DNA of 64,000 bases from Octopus vulgaris (taxonomy: Eukaryota), in contig OX597816.1 of NCBI GenBank assembly GCA_951406725.2, positions 153,574,001 to 153,638,000 on the forward strand. The letters run 5' to 3'. The notes under the pieces are model-generated. The model had not been told where the DNA came from, made no database searches, and saw only the letters and a list, made by a program, of their open reading frames with translations. The translations under genes and the position numbers were made by a program. This document shows positions 43,530 to 56,409 of the stretch, piece after piece; the first letter of the stretch is position 1; each line of letters opens with the position of its first letter.

Positions 43530-44959
43530 TGACAGACAAACAAACAAACAGACTGATATTATAATACAAAATGTATGAGGCAAAACATCATACACGTATG
43601 AAAAATTTATGTTTCTCAAGTCTTTTGACAGATTTATCTGATTTCTACAATGAATAATGATTTCGCTTTCTGACTAACATGAAATAGTGATAATATCTAT
43701 TATCGGTACTGTTAAACTAAAAGGAAACTATTAGGAAAACTGAGCCCCAAAATATTCAAACTCAGAGCGCGGGGAAACGAATCTGATCTAATTACAACAA
43801 CTGAGCCATTTTTGCCACATTGCAGTTTGCTTTCCTTTTATTATCGAAAAATCTGAGTCGGATTTGTTTCTCCTTTTAACCATGTGACGTCACTCTTTTT
43901 GATTTATATCTTTTAATAAATCAAAGATCCGACATGTTCAAATATAGTAGATGCCAGTTGTATGTAGGATACTGATTTAAGTTTCAGTGGGCAATCAATA
44001 GAACATAATACATCAAAGAGGGAAACAAATAACTGGCGGAAATGAACTATGCCAAAATAACTTTAAAAGAAAAGTTTCTGTGTTAAAAATGAATGAATAT
44101 CATTATTTGAAACTATTGAATTGTAATTCTATCATGTCGATTACCTGAACTTTGATGTAGGAAGAGTCGCTTTAGAAATGAATTACTTTCATTCTTTTCA
44201 ACAATTTTTCATGGAAACTATTAATCCTTTTTTACTGGGTGATTTTTCCCCCTAATATTACGAGGTTGTGAGTCGCATCTAAGCAAACCTGTGATAAAAA
44301 GCATTCCATCCGCGACCATTCCTTATTTGTAGAGGTACCTATAAATACACTATGTTATATGTCGTTCCTTGTTTAAGATAGTGTTGAGTGATTGGAAGAT
44401 ATTCGGTTGATATTTCTAACTGTTCAAGAAACCACGTATAGGTTCTCTGTTTAGCTCGATATTATGAAATAGAGAAGAATCATAGGTGACCAGGCTAAAT
44501 GAATTACAAAACAGACTACCCTCTGTATTCTAACTGCAAATCATCTTGGTTCCACTTCGCCCTTCGTCTTGAATCTGTTTATAAAATAATCACTAATGTT
44601 TTATTGATATACAAGCAATCTGTTACCTGTTTCCGTACAGTCTTAATATAAACATCAACAATTCTTTAACCCACACAAATCCTGAATTCAGTGAGCTGAT
44701 CATATGTTGACGGATACTTCTTATCAGGAAAGCTCGGTTATGGTAAAAGTTAGTAACGCCCTTTGACTTTTTTATATAAGTGTTTTTTAAACAAATATTT
44801 TACATACTATTATTTATAATTCCACAGTTAAAACGATATATATACGTGTGTGTGTATGTGTGTGAGGATGTATGTATATGTATGTTTGTATATACGTATA
44901 TATGCATGTATGTGTGTGTGCGCATACACATTCATGTAATTTACCGATATTTTTCACAG

Positions 44960-45127
44960 GTTGCCTTCGGATTTGGCTACTATCATTTACACCGTCGGTA
45001 TAAGACAAGGTAATGCCCGCGAATGGGATTTCACATGGAACCAAACTCGCCACACAAATGTGGCCGCTGAAAAGCACATGTTATTAGAAGCTTTGGCACA
45101 AACAGAGGTACCGTGGTTATTCTGGAG
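44960..45127 (+). CDS. M1 aminopeptidase exon 8
   Basis: tcacag/..ag/gtaag; LPSDLATIIYTVGIRQGNAREWDFTWNQTRHTNVAAEKHMLLEALAQTEVPWLFW(R). Confidence 0.95.
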
Positions 45128-45992
45128 GTAAGCAGCACCTGTTTCATCTACCAGATTCGTATATTTTTTTTCTCTTTTTTAGCTACCAGGAGCACGTTTC
45201 TTGTAAAATAATTTCGGCGTATTCTTGTCATAAAGGATTACTCGTCTGTTGGTTCTCTGTGGTATGACACGCTGCCCCATTTAACACCTGCACACTGGTT
45301 CTTGAATGCCTTTCTCGGAGTACACTCTATTGCAAGTTTCTGACTTGAATGTTTCTGACCCGATCAAAAGAAAAAAAAACACAGATACACTAATCTTTGG
45401 TTGCCTTTATCGGCCTATCGGAGACATGCTAATCAAACCCACGTTATATTTTGCAGACGTTGATCTACAGATGTTCATTCTGGGCAATAACCATATCAAT
45501 GTCAACAATTTGGAACGGCCTGCAACGCTCATGATCATAGACCATCTTCTTTTGACTTAGTAATTCTGAAAAAATATGAATATCGAATACTAAGAAAGTA
45601 TAAATATTGAAAACAAAATGTTTAACATCACATCATAACTACTTTCATTTTGAAATCGGCAAAATCTATATATGTTTGCTGATCACCAAGACAATAGTTC
45701 TATTGTGTTTGTTTAAATGTGTGCGTTGTATGCAAGTATGTTAAAAACAATGCTTATATCCTAATTGTATAGGTGTTTTATTTCATAATTCAAGAGAGTG
45801 TGGCAATTCTTAGTCTTTACAGATCTTTTCAGTTTGGTGAAATCGATACTAAGTCGATAATTAATAGATTGACTTTATTTATGAAATAATACGCTTTCGT
45901 TACAATCTCCTTCAGAAGCCTGTTATAGAAAAATGGACTGAAAGTACTATTAGAGTAAAATATGTGCATGCATATATTCACTTGTGTGTGTA

Positions 45993-46082
<90 letters not shown>

Positions 46083-46198
46083 GAAAATTTGCAATATCGT
46101 CTACTGTAAACCGTATAGCTGTGCTAACCACGACACTAAAACCGACATTACAACTCTTGACCATCTAGCTCAGTTGACGAGCTAATTAACTACGATGA

Positions 46199-46251
<53 letters not shown>

Positions 46252-46253
<2 letters not shown>

Positions 46254-46874
46254 AGAATTGGTTCGACTGTGGCTTTGAAGATTTTAAGTTTGAAATCTCT
46301 ACTTACATTTGATGACATGATCTTATGCATATCATTACAGGCTGACCAGGTCATACCCTTTCTAGTTAGAAAGTCTTTTTCAGATGATGATATGTATGAC
46401 CCAAGATATTTGTAATCAGAAACCATATTTAAGAGCGTATTGTTGAGAGTATGGATGATGAAATCACTGTTGGACAGGCACTTGTTCACATATTCAGTAT
46501 TGGACGTTATCAAAGAAGCTCGAGAGGCGGTTGGATGGAACTTACACTCGCCTTCTTATGAGAGCTCAATATCTCTCGTGGAAGCGTCATCCAACCAAAG
46601 TACAAATATATGGGAAATTACCACCTGTATCATCTCTTGTGAAAGGTAGAAGAGTCCAGTTTGCTGGACATTGTTGTAGAGCTGAAAACGAGGTATTTTC
46701 TACTCTTCTCCTCTGGAAGCCATCTGCTCGCGATACCAGAGGACGCACACTTTCCTACCCTGATGTAATCTCCAGGGATACAGGTATCCAGCAACAGGAC
46801 CTCCGTAATGCTATGATGGACCGTGAGGTCTGGCGTAACATAGTAAATTCCATTGTCTCGACCACGGTCGAACA

Positions 46875-46908
<34 letters not shown>
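46252..46908 (+). mobile_element. RTE-clade LINE 3' end with 5' inversion and (TGA)n tail
   Basis: Minus 46252..46500: DYKYLGSYI..KIFKATVEPIL. Plus 46501..46878: WTLSKKLERRLDGTYTRLL..FAGHC..*. (TGA)n runs to 46908, with (TG)n on both flanks. Confidence 0.9.
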
Positions 46909-46953
<45 letters not shown>

Positions 46954-47098
46954 ACGTACAAATTGTGCTCTATGTATCTCTTGAATGTGAATACCGTATC
47001 TAAAAAGTTTGTTTGTGCGCACGCGCATATACTTGTCCTTGAACGTTAACATGTGTACCTAAATTCTGCCTCAAATCTACCCATTTCCTTATCTTTAG

Positions 47099-47239
47099 AT
47101 ATATCAATTGGGTCTTTGAGAGCAGCAAAGTAAGACAACAAGATGTCCGTCTTATTTTTAATTACTTCACCAAAAACAGTCTCGGAAGAATCATAACACT
47201 TCAATTCATTCTAAGCAAATGGCAACAGATTCTATCATC
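47099..47239 (+). CDS. M1 aminopeptidase exon 9
   Basis: ctttag/..tc/gtaag; YINWVFESSKVRQQDVRLIFNYFTKNSLGRIITLQFILSKWQQILS(S), with the conserved RxQD, G and W residues. Confidence 0.93.
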
Positions 47240-47257
47240 GTAAGTACTACATTTTCT

Positions 47258-47318
<61 letters not shown>

Positions 47319-47325
47319 ACAAGTA

Positions 47326-47873
47326 CGAAGGGGAGTAAAAAAATAATGCCATTTCGTTTAGGACAGGTATAATTATCAACACAGGAACATGTATCATGCA
47401 TCAAAATGAAGCTGGTCCTCTGTGGATCACATCCCTACTTCTCAATATAGTCATTATTTCTCTCAATAGCAACGTTCCACCTTCGAATGAGAGCATGTAT
47501 CCCTGTCCCGTAAAATTCTGTTGACTGTTCTTGAGCCACTTCTTCTCTACAGTTTTCACTTCCTCTTCCCTGGAATAATGTTTGCCTCTCAAACCCTCTT
47601 TCATGGGGCCGAAGAGATGATAGTCCAGTGACGAGGAAGTGAAAACTGTAGTAAATAAGTGGGTCAAAGACCAGTCAACATAATTTTACGGGGCAGGGAT
47701 ACATGCTCTCATTCGCAGGTAGAACATTGTTATTGAGAGAAACGGTGACTATGTTAAGAAGTAGGGATGTGTTCCACAGAGGACCAGCTTCATTTTGATG
47801 TATGATACATGTTCCTGTGTTGGTAATTATACCTGTCCTAAGCAAAATGGCATTACTTTTTGACTCACCCTCG
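47326..47873. mobile_element. Mariner-derived fold-back MITE built from two inverted copies of the transposon 3' end
   Basis: ~250-bp arms (47326..47574 / 47623..47873); termini ta-cgaagggga.. / ..tcaccctcg-tg; DYHLFGPMKEGLRGKHYS..EEVKT relic. Confidence 0.88.
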
Positions 47874-48256
47874 TGCATACAGTCTTTCACACACACATAC
47901 GTACACATTCACACGCGCACGCATACATGCTCACTGCATATGTACATGCAATTAAAGACAACTTTATGCATTCGCTCACGTATATTATGTGCATATAAGC
48001 CGATATATACACATGTACACATACGTAAATGCACACACGCGTGAAGACACAACCGCACTCTGAATATAAGTAAAAGGACAGGTGAATCAATGAGTCGAAA
48101 AAATTTGTTTTTATTTATTAAGCAAAACAAGTGTCAAAAGGACCAGTCCATGTAGATGCTAATGGACAAGTCGAATATATTTTGACAGTGTTGTATAAGC
48201 AAATTCAGAAGAGCATAATTATTATCGTTTTCTTTTCTTTCTTTCCTTTTGTGCAG

Positions 48257-48338
48257 CCCATTCATGGAATCATTCTCCTCAAAAGACATCATTTCCAGTG
48301 TAACTACATACGTCAACAACCAGTATCAGATGGAACAG
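48257..48338 (+). CDS. M1 aminopeptidase exon 10
   Basis: gtgcag/../gtgag; PFMESFSSKDIISSVTTYVNNQYQMEQ; phases fit. Confidence 0.85.
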
Positions 48339-49052
48339 GTGAGTAATGGTCACTTATACATACACAAATCCACACATACATACAAACATAGAAACAACGC
48401 CAGCGTACACACATACGCACATAATAAAGTACATCAAAATACACTAGAACACAAACAAATCTCTACACAAATGCATACAATGCAATATAAAACACACACA
48501 CACACACACATGCACACACACAGCGGGATCATTGTTGCTATCGTGGTCGTTGTTGAAGGGTGTTTGTTTCAGAAAATATATCAAAACCTTTTGTTTAATG
48601 TCAATATCAAAAGAGGAATTGCAGCGACACTAGCAATTTTCGGGATCTCTAAGACTGATGGAAAGAAAGGATGGAATTATTTTTAAACACCGGACCCTGT
48701 ATGTATGTATGTATGTATGTATGTATGTATGTATGTATGTATGTATATGTATGCATATACTTGTTTAGTCACACAATATACAATGTTCTAAATCATGCGG
48801 TTACTTACAAATATTCGATTAGCGAAACCCAACAGCTTTACTCATGAAGATTATCAACAATAGAATTGCATTGTTCAAGAACTTTTATACCCAGTAAGTC
48901 TTTACTACCTCGCTGTAAATAAGTCATAGAGAGTAGATACAACTCAATATTGAAGAAAATTAAAATAGCTTGCTTTTGTTTTTGACTTTTGCTTCTTTTG
49001 GGTGGGGTTATAAAAATTAAGTGGTATACCTCTTACATTTGTTGAGTGCAGT

Positions 49053-49258
49053 GAGCTGGCAGAATCGTTAGCACGCCGGACAAAATGCTTAGCGACATTT
49101 CATCCGCTTTCATGTTCTGAGTTCAAATTCCACCGAGGTGGACTTTGCCTTTCATCCTTTCAGGGTCGATAAAATAAGTAGCTGTTGGGCACTAGGATCG
49201 ATGTAATCCATTTATCTCCTCTCCGGCATTGCTAGCCTTATGCCAAAATTTGAAATCA
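49053..49258 (+). mobile_element. SINE family A, full length
   Basis: gagctggcagaatcgttagcacgccggacaaaatgcttagc..gccaaaatttgaaatcaat. Confidence 0.8.
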
Positions 49259-50120
49259 ATATTTCTTACTTTTATTTAAGACTTGCTCTTAGACAATACA
49301 TGATAATAGCGTCTTCAAGAGTATGCATTTAACCATAATGTAATCACTACTAAAGAAAGTCACTATGTTTAAACAAAAACTAAAATTAATTAGATGAAGG
49401 TACTGTTTAAGGAAAACATAATTAATTAACTGAAGCTACTATTCACAAATTTCGACTAATTAAATGAAGTCACTATTTTGAAAATAGAACTAATTAAATT
49501 AATTCATTCTTAAAAACTAAAATTAAATAAAATTGCTTTCTAAAATAAGATAAACATAACCAAAGAAGAAATAAAAATGGTTGAAAAGAAAGGGTAGAGC
49601 TCAACTAATTTAGTTTACAGTCGATTCGTATTTTGTCACCGTTATGGCATTATTTCCATGATCAAGACATTTAAATTCTTTCAACAGCTGAATCTTCCTA
49701 GATTCAAAATACACAATAATGCGGCGTGGTATGAGTTTTCCGTGAAATTAATTAGTAGTTCTTTGGCTAACTGAAAATTCTCCAGTCAGAGATGTTGTCT
49801 GCGAGAGACTGGCGTTCTACCAAGAGAGATCTGTTTCTCATCCGCTTAACATCAGAAAAGCCAGAGATATGCAACGGCACAGTGAAATTCAAATGCTTGT
49901 GGTGTTGCGGAGAATGGTGGGAAGAGAGGCAGAAAGTGAGAGAGAGAGAGAAGGGGAGAGAGAGGGAGAGAGAAAGTGAGGTAAATAGAGAGACTAAGAG
50001 AGGAGAGTAAGAGAGAAAGACATTCATATTTAGAATATGAAAATATTTGCAACAAAACATTTTGTTTCTGTTTTTCTTATTGTTTGTGATGTGCTTTATT
50101 TAAAATTGTCATTGTTTTAG

Positions 50121-50194
50121 TTGACAGAGTTGTTCCACAAAAGTCCAGCAATGGATGCTAAAATTACTGTAAACAATGCTCTTGAAATCATGAG
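50121..50194 (+). CDS. M1 aminopeptidase exon 11
   Basis: ttttag/..ag/gtacg; [24 protein letters not shown](R); ALE motif preceding the terminal NxxW helix. Confidence 0.85.
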
Positions 50195-50239
50195 GTACGT
50201 TTATCTTTCTTTTCATTGACTTGACTTACTTCAACACGC

Positions 50240-50270
<31 letters not shown>

Positions 50271-50342
50271 TGTATGTATGTATGTATGTATGTATGTATG
50301 TATATATGTATGTATGCATGTATGTAACAGCACCAGTAACAG

Positions 50343-51072
50343 TTAAGCTTCGTGCAATGGCCATACTCGATAACGCGGGGGCAGCCATAATTATATTATG
50401 GATGGATGGATGGATGGATGGATGGATGGATGGATGGTCACTTTCGAGTACTACTGGTAACATGTAACCCAGTACAACCTGTTACATGGTCGGGTCGTCG
50501 GCGACTAAACCGGCAACCCACCAAGCTTGCTTGGTGAGGAGGGTGTTTATTAGACACCCTGCGGGATGAAAAACAAAGCCCATCAAAGGGCGGAGGAACT
50601 CTTGAGTGTCAACGGCCATCCAATAAATGTCTTAGGGCTGTATCATGCACGCAGACATAGAAATAATCGGACTGAATACCCGATCGCGCGGTTAAACCAT
50701 TGGGAGTGAAGGACTCCTAACCTTTGTTAGGGCATCCTTCTAGGAGAAGGTAACTCAGGTAACTGGGAATAACTCCGACATAAAACCTGCGGCTCAGTGG
50801 TTACCGATGATGTTGACTTGTTCTTCTTTTCGGATTATGGCTGCTGTTGCTTAGTGAGTGAGATTGACTCAGTGCACAGCCTTTCCTCACTTTGAAATAA
50901 ACTCTTCTTGCACAGGCATTGCACGATAACAACATTGATTAAGCTTCGCGCAATGGCCATACTCGATAACGAGGGGGCAGCCACCATGTATGGATGGATG
51001 GATGGATGGATGGATGGATGGATGGATGGATCGATCGATCGATCGATGGATGGATGGATGGATGGATCGATG
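50343..51072 (+). mobile_element. Non-coding RTE-derived element with (GGAT)n tail, preceded by a truncated copy of its own 3' end
   Basis: ttaagcttcg(t/c)gcaatggccatactcgataacg..ggggcagcca at 50343 and 50939, each followed by (GGAT)n. Internal gggcatccttctaggagaaggtaactc resembles the RTE 5' UTR motif. Confidence 0.6.
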
Positions 51073-51342
51073 GATGTTAGAATTCTCCCCAATTGGAAGA
51101 AGCTGGTGTCTAATTAATAAAAAGCTCTATCTCTGCGATTTGGATAATACAAAACGTTCTGAAATATTCTACGGATTATTTGCAGTTCTGAATAGGAACA
51201 CAGGATTATCCAACGAGTGAAGTTACCAGTTCTTAGTATTTGTTTCTATGCTTGAGTACTATATAAGGACCGCTGTGGATAGGCAGCATCTAAACCAATT
51301 TGAGAGATAATACGTATCCGCCAGGATAACTTATCCCTTTTA

Positions 51343-51388
<46 letters not shown>

Positions 51389-51393
<5 letters not shown>

Positions 51394-54338
51394 TAGATAA
51401 AACTTAGATATGTTTCGACCAGAGATTAGTCCAGGCCATGTCTAACTTAATAGCACCACCTGATAGGATTATTCGAATCCTGTTTAAGTCAAGTTTTGTT
51501 CAAGTAGTGAGTTCTTGTTGGGTGAGTTGTATCCAGTTTTGTTCAAGTAGTGAGTTCTTGTTGGGCGAGTTGTATCCAATTATGGGTGGCTTATCTGGTA
51601 TTCTTTGAAGGAATCTATCCAGACTCTGTTTAAAGTTGATGGGATCCTTTTCCTCTTTGATCTCCCTCGGGACAATGTTAAATAGGGCAGGGCCTGTTGA
51701 GGAAAAGAAATTATGTTGCAGTGTACATGTATGTTGTGATCTTGAATTTGGCAGGGGACGTATAGCCCGTGGTCCAAGTCTTGGATGGACCTTGAAGCTA
51801 ATGTTTGGCAAAGTTGGCGGTATATTTTCCACATCGTACAAATGATGTACCGCTCACGGCGACGCTGGAGGGAGTAAAGTTTCAAGGTTTTAAGGCGATC
51901 CCAATAATCGAGAGCAGCCATGCCTTCAATTTGTTTAGTGAGAGCCCTCTGGGGTGACTCAATTCTGGAGATGTTTTGTCTTGTGTGAGGAGACCACAGT
52001 GGGCAGCAGTATTCAAGGTGTGGCCGTACAAAGGAGGAAAAAAGTGGTATGATGACACCTTGTTCTCTGGACCGGAAAGTTCTTAAGATCCAGGAACTCA
52101 TCCTACGAGCTATATCAACCTTCTTGTTGATGTGTGCACTCCAACTGAGATCGTCATCAACAATTACACCCAGGTCTCTGATATTGTTAGAGGCTGTGAG
52201 CGGTTCCCCTGAAGGAAGAGAGTATGGTTGTTTTAGTGAGGAATTTCTTCCAAAATGCATCAGCTCAAATTTTCCCTCATTCAGTTGCATTTTGTTTCTG
52301 TCTGCCCATTGACTCACAGCATATAGATCAGACTGGAGTTGAGTTCGGTCTGCTTCTTCATTGACGATTTGCTGGAGCTTAGTGTCATCAGCGAATATTT
52401 TCACTTTGCAGTGATGTACGACACTGGAAAGGTCGTTTACGTAAATTATGAAGAGTAGCGGACTCAAAACAGTTCCCTGGGGAACACCGCTGGTGACTTT
52501 TGCTGGGTTTGAGTGGACTCCATCAACTACGACATGTTGCGTTCTATTCGCCAGGAAATACTTAATCCAGTGTAGAACTTTTCCACGGATTCCAACATTT
52601 GCCAATTTCGAGAGTAGGATGTTATGGTCTACCCTGTCGAACGCTTTACTGAAGTCAAGATATATGACGTCAGAGTTCGAACCTGTTCCCAAGGCTTTGA
52701 GTACATCTTCAATGTGGTGTAAGAGCTGTGTTAGACAGTCCCTGCCACAGCGAAAGCCATGCTGATTTGAATTTAGGAGTTTGTGGGTCTCCAGGAAGTC
52801 AGCTATCCTTGATCTTAACACTCTTTCAAACACTTTAATGATGTGGGAGGTGAGTGAGATTGGGCGATAGTTGACTGCGAGGGATCTGTTTCCCTGTTTG
52901 AAAATCGGGATGACCGACTGGGATAGAAACTTTTTCGGTATATAACCTGCGTCTAACGAGTTTCTCCAGAGGTTGGTCAGAGGGACTGCAAGTTGATATC
53001 TACATTCCTTCAGGAGACTAGCGGGAAATCTATCAGGGCCTACAGCAGAGTAATGTTTGACCTCATTTATTGCTGCTACGATGTCGGTGGCAGTGAAGGT
53101 TATGTCTGCGATTTTGTGTTGGGAGTCAACTTCGTTCGTTTCCTTCACGTCAATATCAGTGGGAACACTGAAGACAGAGCAATATTGTTTCTGCAGTATT
53201 TCTGCCATTTCTTTAGCATCGTGTTGGGGAAAGCCGTTATCATCAATCAATGGCCCAATGGGTGAGACAGTGGTTCTATGCTTATTTGCATAAGAATAGA
53301 ACACTTTTGGGTTCTGTTTGATGTTTTTGATTACCCATTGTTCCTCCACAGCTCTTTGATTTTCAATGGAGGTTTTCATGTTAGTCTGCAGATGAAATTT
53401 TTCCAGCTCTAGTCTTTTCATTGTTGTTGGATGTGGATGTTGTGTGTGGGAATATTTTAATTGGTTGATTTTTTTGTTGAGTCTTTTGATGCGCCTGATG
53501 AGTGTTTTTTTTTCTTTTTAGGGAGCCGGTTTCTGTTTGTGTTAGTAGATTTCTTGGGAGCGTGTTTAGAGCATGTATAGGTGACAATGGTTTCAAAGTG
53601 CTGCCACGCGGTCTCAATATGAGGGGAATTGAGAGTAAAAGACCAGTCGATGGAAGACAGATCCTTTCTGATTGTTCCCCAGTCCGCTTTGTGGAAGTTT
53701 ATGTTGTCAAATGGGTGCCATGGAGTGGGATTGGCTGGTTTGGTTTTTATATGTCGGGAATTAAGATTGAAGAGTACCATGTCGTGGTCTGAGAGGAGAG
53801 TTTTTTCGACTGAAATGCTGTGAACGTAGCTAGAGTGATTGGTCAATACCAGATCCAAGATCGTTTTATTCGGTCTCGTTGGTTCAAACACTAGCTGAGT
53901 TAGGAAATACTCATCCATCAGATTAAAGAGCAGTTCTGCTGCTGCCCTATCTGATGTTGAGCACTTGCCTAACTTCGGAGTAGTTGTGGGCCAGTTCACA
54001 TGAGGGAGGTTAAAATCACCCATCACTAGTATGTTACCGGAGTGGTACTTCCGAAGGAAAGACTTGACTTTGCTAAGGCACTCTTCAAAGTACTTTAGAG
54101 GTGCCTGGGGAGACCTGTAAAGACCAACAATGGTTATGTCCTTGGCTTTGTTGTATAGTGATACCGATTCACAGTAGCCATTGGAAAATGTGTCCTTGGC
54201 ATCAAGTGAAAAGGAGTCATGGATAAAGATGGCTGTCCCTCCCTTATTTCGGTCTGTGCGATCCGCACGAACAATGGTGAAATCTTTTATTTTCACCTCT
54301 GCGATCCGCACGAACAATGGTGAAATCTTTTATTTTCA

Positions 54339-54341
<3 letters not shown>
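51389..54341 (-). mobile_element. CR1-group LINE ORF2 (AP endonuclease + RT), young, 5'-truncated, frameshifted
   Basis: EN: GLYRSP, MGDFNLP, LDLVLTN, SDH. RT: NYRPISLTS, YLDFSKAFD, GVPQG, FADDTK, LQRRRERY. 3' tail (atctaagtttt)x2; (TA)n on both sides. Confidence 0.95.
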
Positions 54342-54425
<84 letters not shown>

Positions 54426-54716
54426 GATTCAGTTGAATTAGGTACTTAAGTTGAAGCACCAAGTCTGTCCAGTATTGTCCGCACAGCTCGAAGTTAGGTG
54501 AATATGCAATGTTTGCATTGACTGATTAAATAGAGCCGCTTAAAACGGACGTAATGCATTGATACCTAGACATCCTTTTAGTTATTTGCTTTATATATGT
54601 ATACATGAAATTTTTACTATTAATATACATATTGATATATGTTCCCAAACGATCAATTTTATAGTTCCGGAATCTTAATCAATCTTTTCTCTTTTTTATT
54701 CACTTATTCTTGAAAG

Positions 54717-54801
54717 GTCTAACGTCAACTGGATGAAGAACAACAAAGATACCATTGACAAGTGGTTGCGTGAATATGTTAAGAACTTGCCAACAACTTG
54801 A
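54717..54801 (+). CDS. M1 aminopeptidase last coding exon (12)
   Basis: tgaaag/g-SNVNWMKNNKDTIDKWLREYVKNLPTT*; NxxW..IxxWL is the typical M1 C-terminus. The 12 exons total 1311 nt with no internal stop. Confidence 0.93.
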
Positions 54802-55084
54802 TCTGTAACGAGCCATGTGGCACAGTTATTTCAAAGCAATTGGCCGCTGAAGAAACTTATCAAAATAAATTAAGGCCACATGACACAAGCAACTTGCCAG
54901 AAGCTGCCAGGGACCAGCTTAATTATATTGTCTGCAATATTTATTTAAGCAAAAATATTTATTGGACTTAAAGAGAATTATAAGGACAAACAAAAATATA
55001 TGATAACAATAATATGAGAGTGAATACAATAACAACAATAATGGTGATGATACTGTTCATGATGATTATAATGAATAAGAATAA

Positions 55085-55149
<65 letters not shown>

Positions 55150-55369
55150 TGAAAGAAAAAATTTTACTTTAAAGTTTTCAAATATTTTGGAAGTTGATAT
55201 GCTTGAGTGAAAACATTTTTTCACTATGTTTATGTGAATCATATTTAAACATATATACACACACATACATACACATAAATGTACGTAAATGGATATATAT
55301 ATGTGTATGTGTGTGTGTGCGTGTGTGTATAAAATGCGCATTATATACATATACGTATATATACATACA

Positions 55370-55400
<31 letters not shown>

Positions 55401-55758
55401 GCACATTACATATGTTTATATAAAATACGCGGATTATATACATATATATATCTATATAGATATATTTATATATATATATATACACATATATATACACACG
55501 TTATATATACATACATATTTATATACGAACAAGTAAAGGTATATTGTATATAACATATAAATATCCATAAATGTAATAATCTTTGTTTATATTTACTTAT
55601 GCATGCACAGAATATCATAAAAATATATATTCGTCTAACTGTATGTAATTGTATCTATTGTATGTATGTGGTTATATGTGTGCATACATGCATGTATAGA
55701 TAAATATGTATATATATTTTGGCATATAAAATAATGATTGAATGTATATATAATTACG

Positions 55759-55799
<41 letters not shown>

Positions 55800-55858
55800 G
55801 CACACATTGTGGGTGTCCATCGAATTCATTGATGACACATAGTTGTACACAGATATGC

Positions 55859-55890
<32 letters not shown>

Positions 55891-56191
55891 GTATGTATAT
55901 ATTTATGTATATATATGTATATATATATTCATACATATATGCATATATATATATGTGTGTGTGTTTGTGCATATATGTTTATGTATGCGTGTATATATAT
56001 ACATACATATATATATATACATTCACGTATTTGTATATGTACATGTATATATGCTTATATAAATGCGTAATTATGTATACAAATAGGCACATTTATATGC
56101 ATGTACATGAATGTGAACTTTAATTTTTTTATTTTATGAAATGTATAATATACTTATCTATATGTGTGCGCGTTGTATGTATCTATATGTG

Positions 56192-56252
<61 letters not shown>

Positions 56253-56351
56253 ATATGCATACATTTATATAGAATAATGCAATATTCATTTATATATTTA
56301 TATATATATGTATATACATCTATATATATATATATATTTTATATATATCTA

Positions 56352-56409
<58 letters not shown>

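Noticed and set aside
50436-50520. HDV-like ribozyme at the RTE-derived 5' end
   Set aside because: The nested P1/P2/P3/P1.1 order and the L3 consensus could not be fitted; kept only as an unassigned structured leader.
51400-51425. Minus-strand GGTCGAAACATATC as a hammerhead half
   Set aside because: It is the 3' terminal region of the CR1-group LINE next to its tandem tail; there is no CUGANGA partner.
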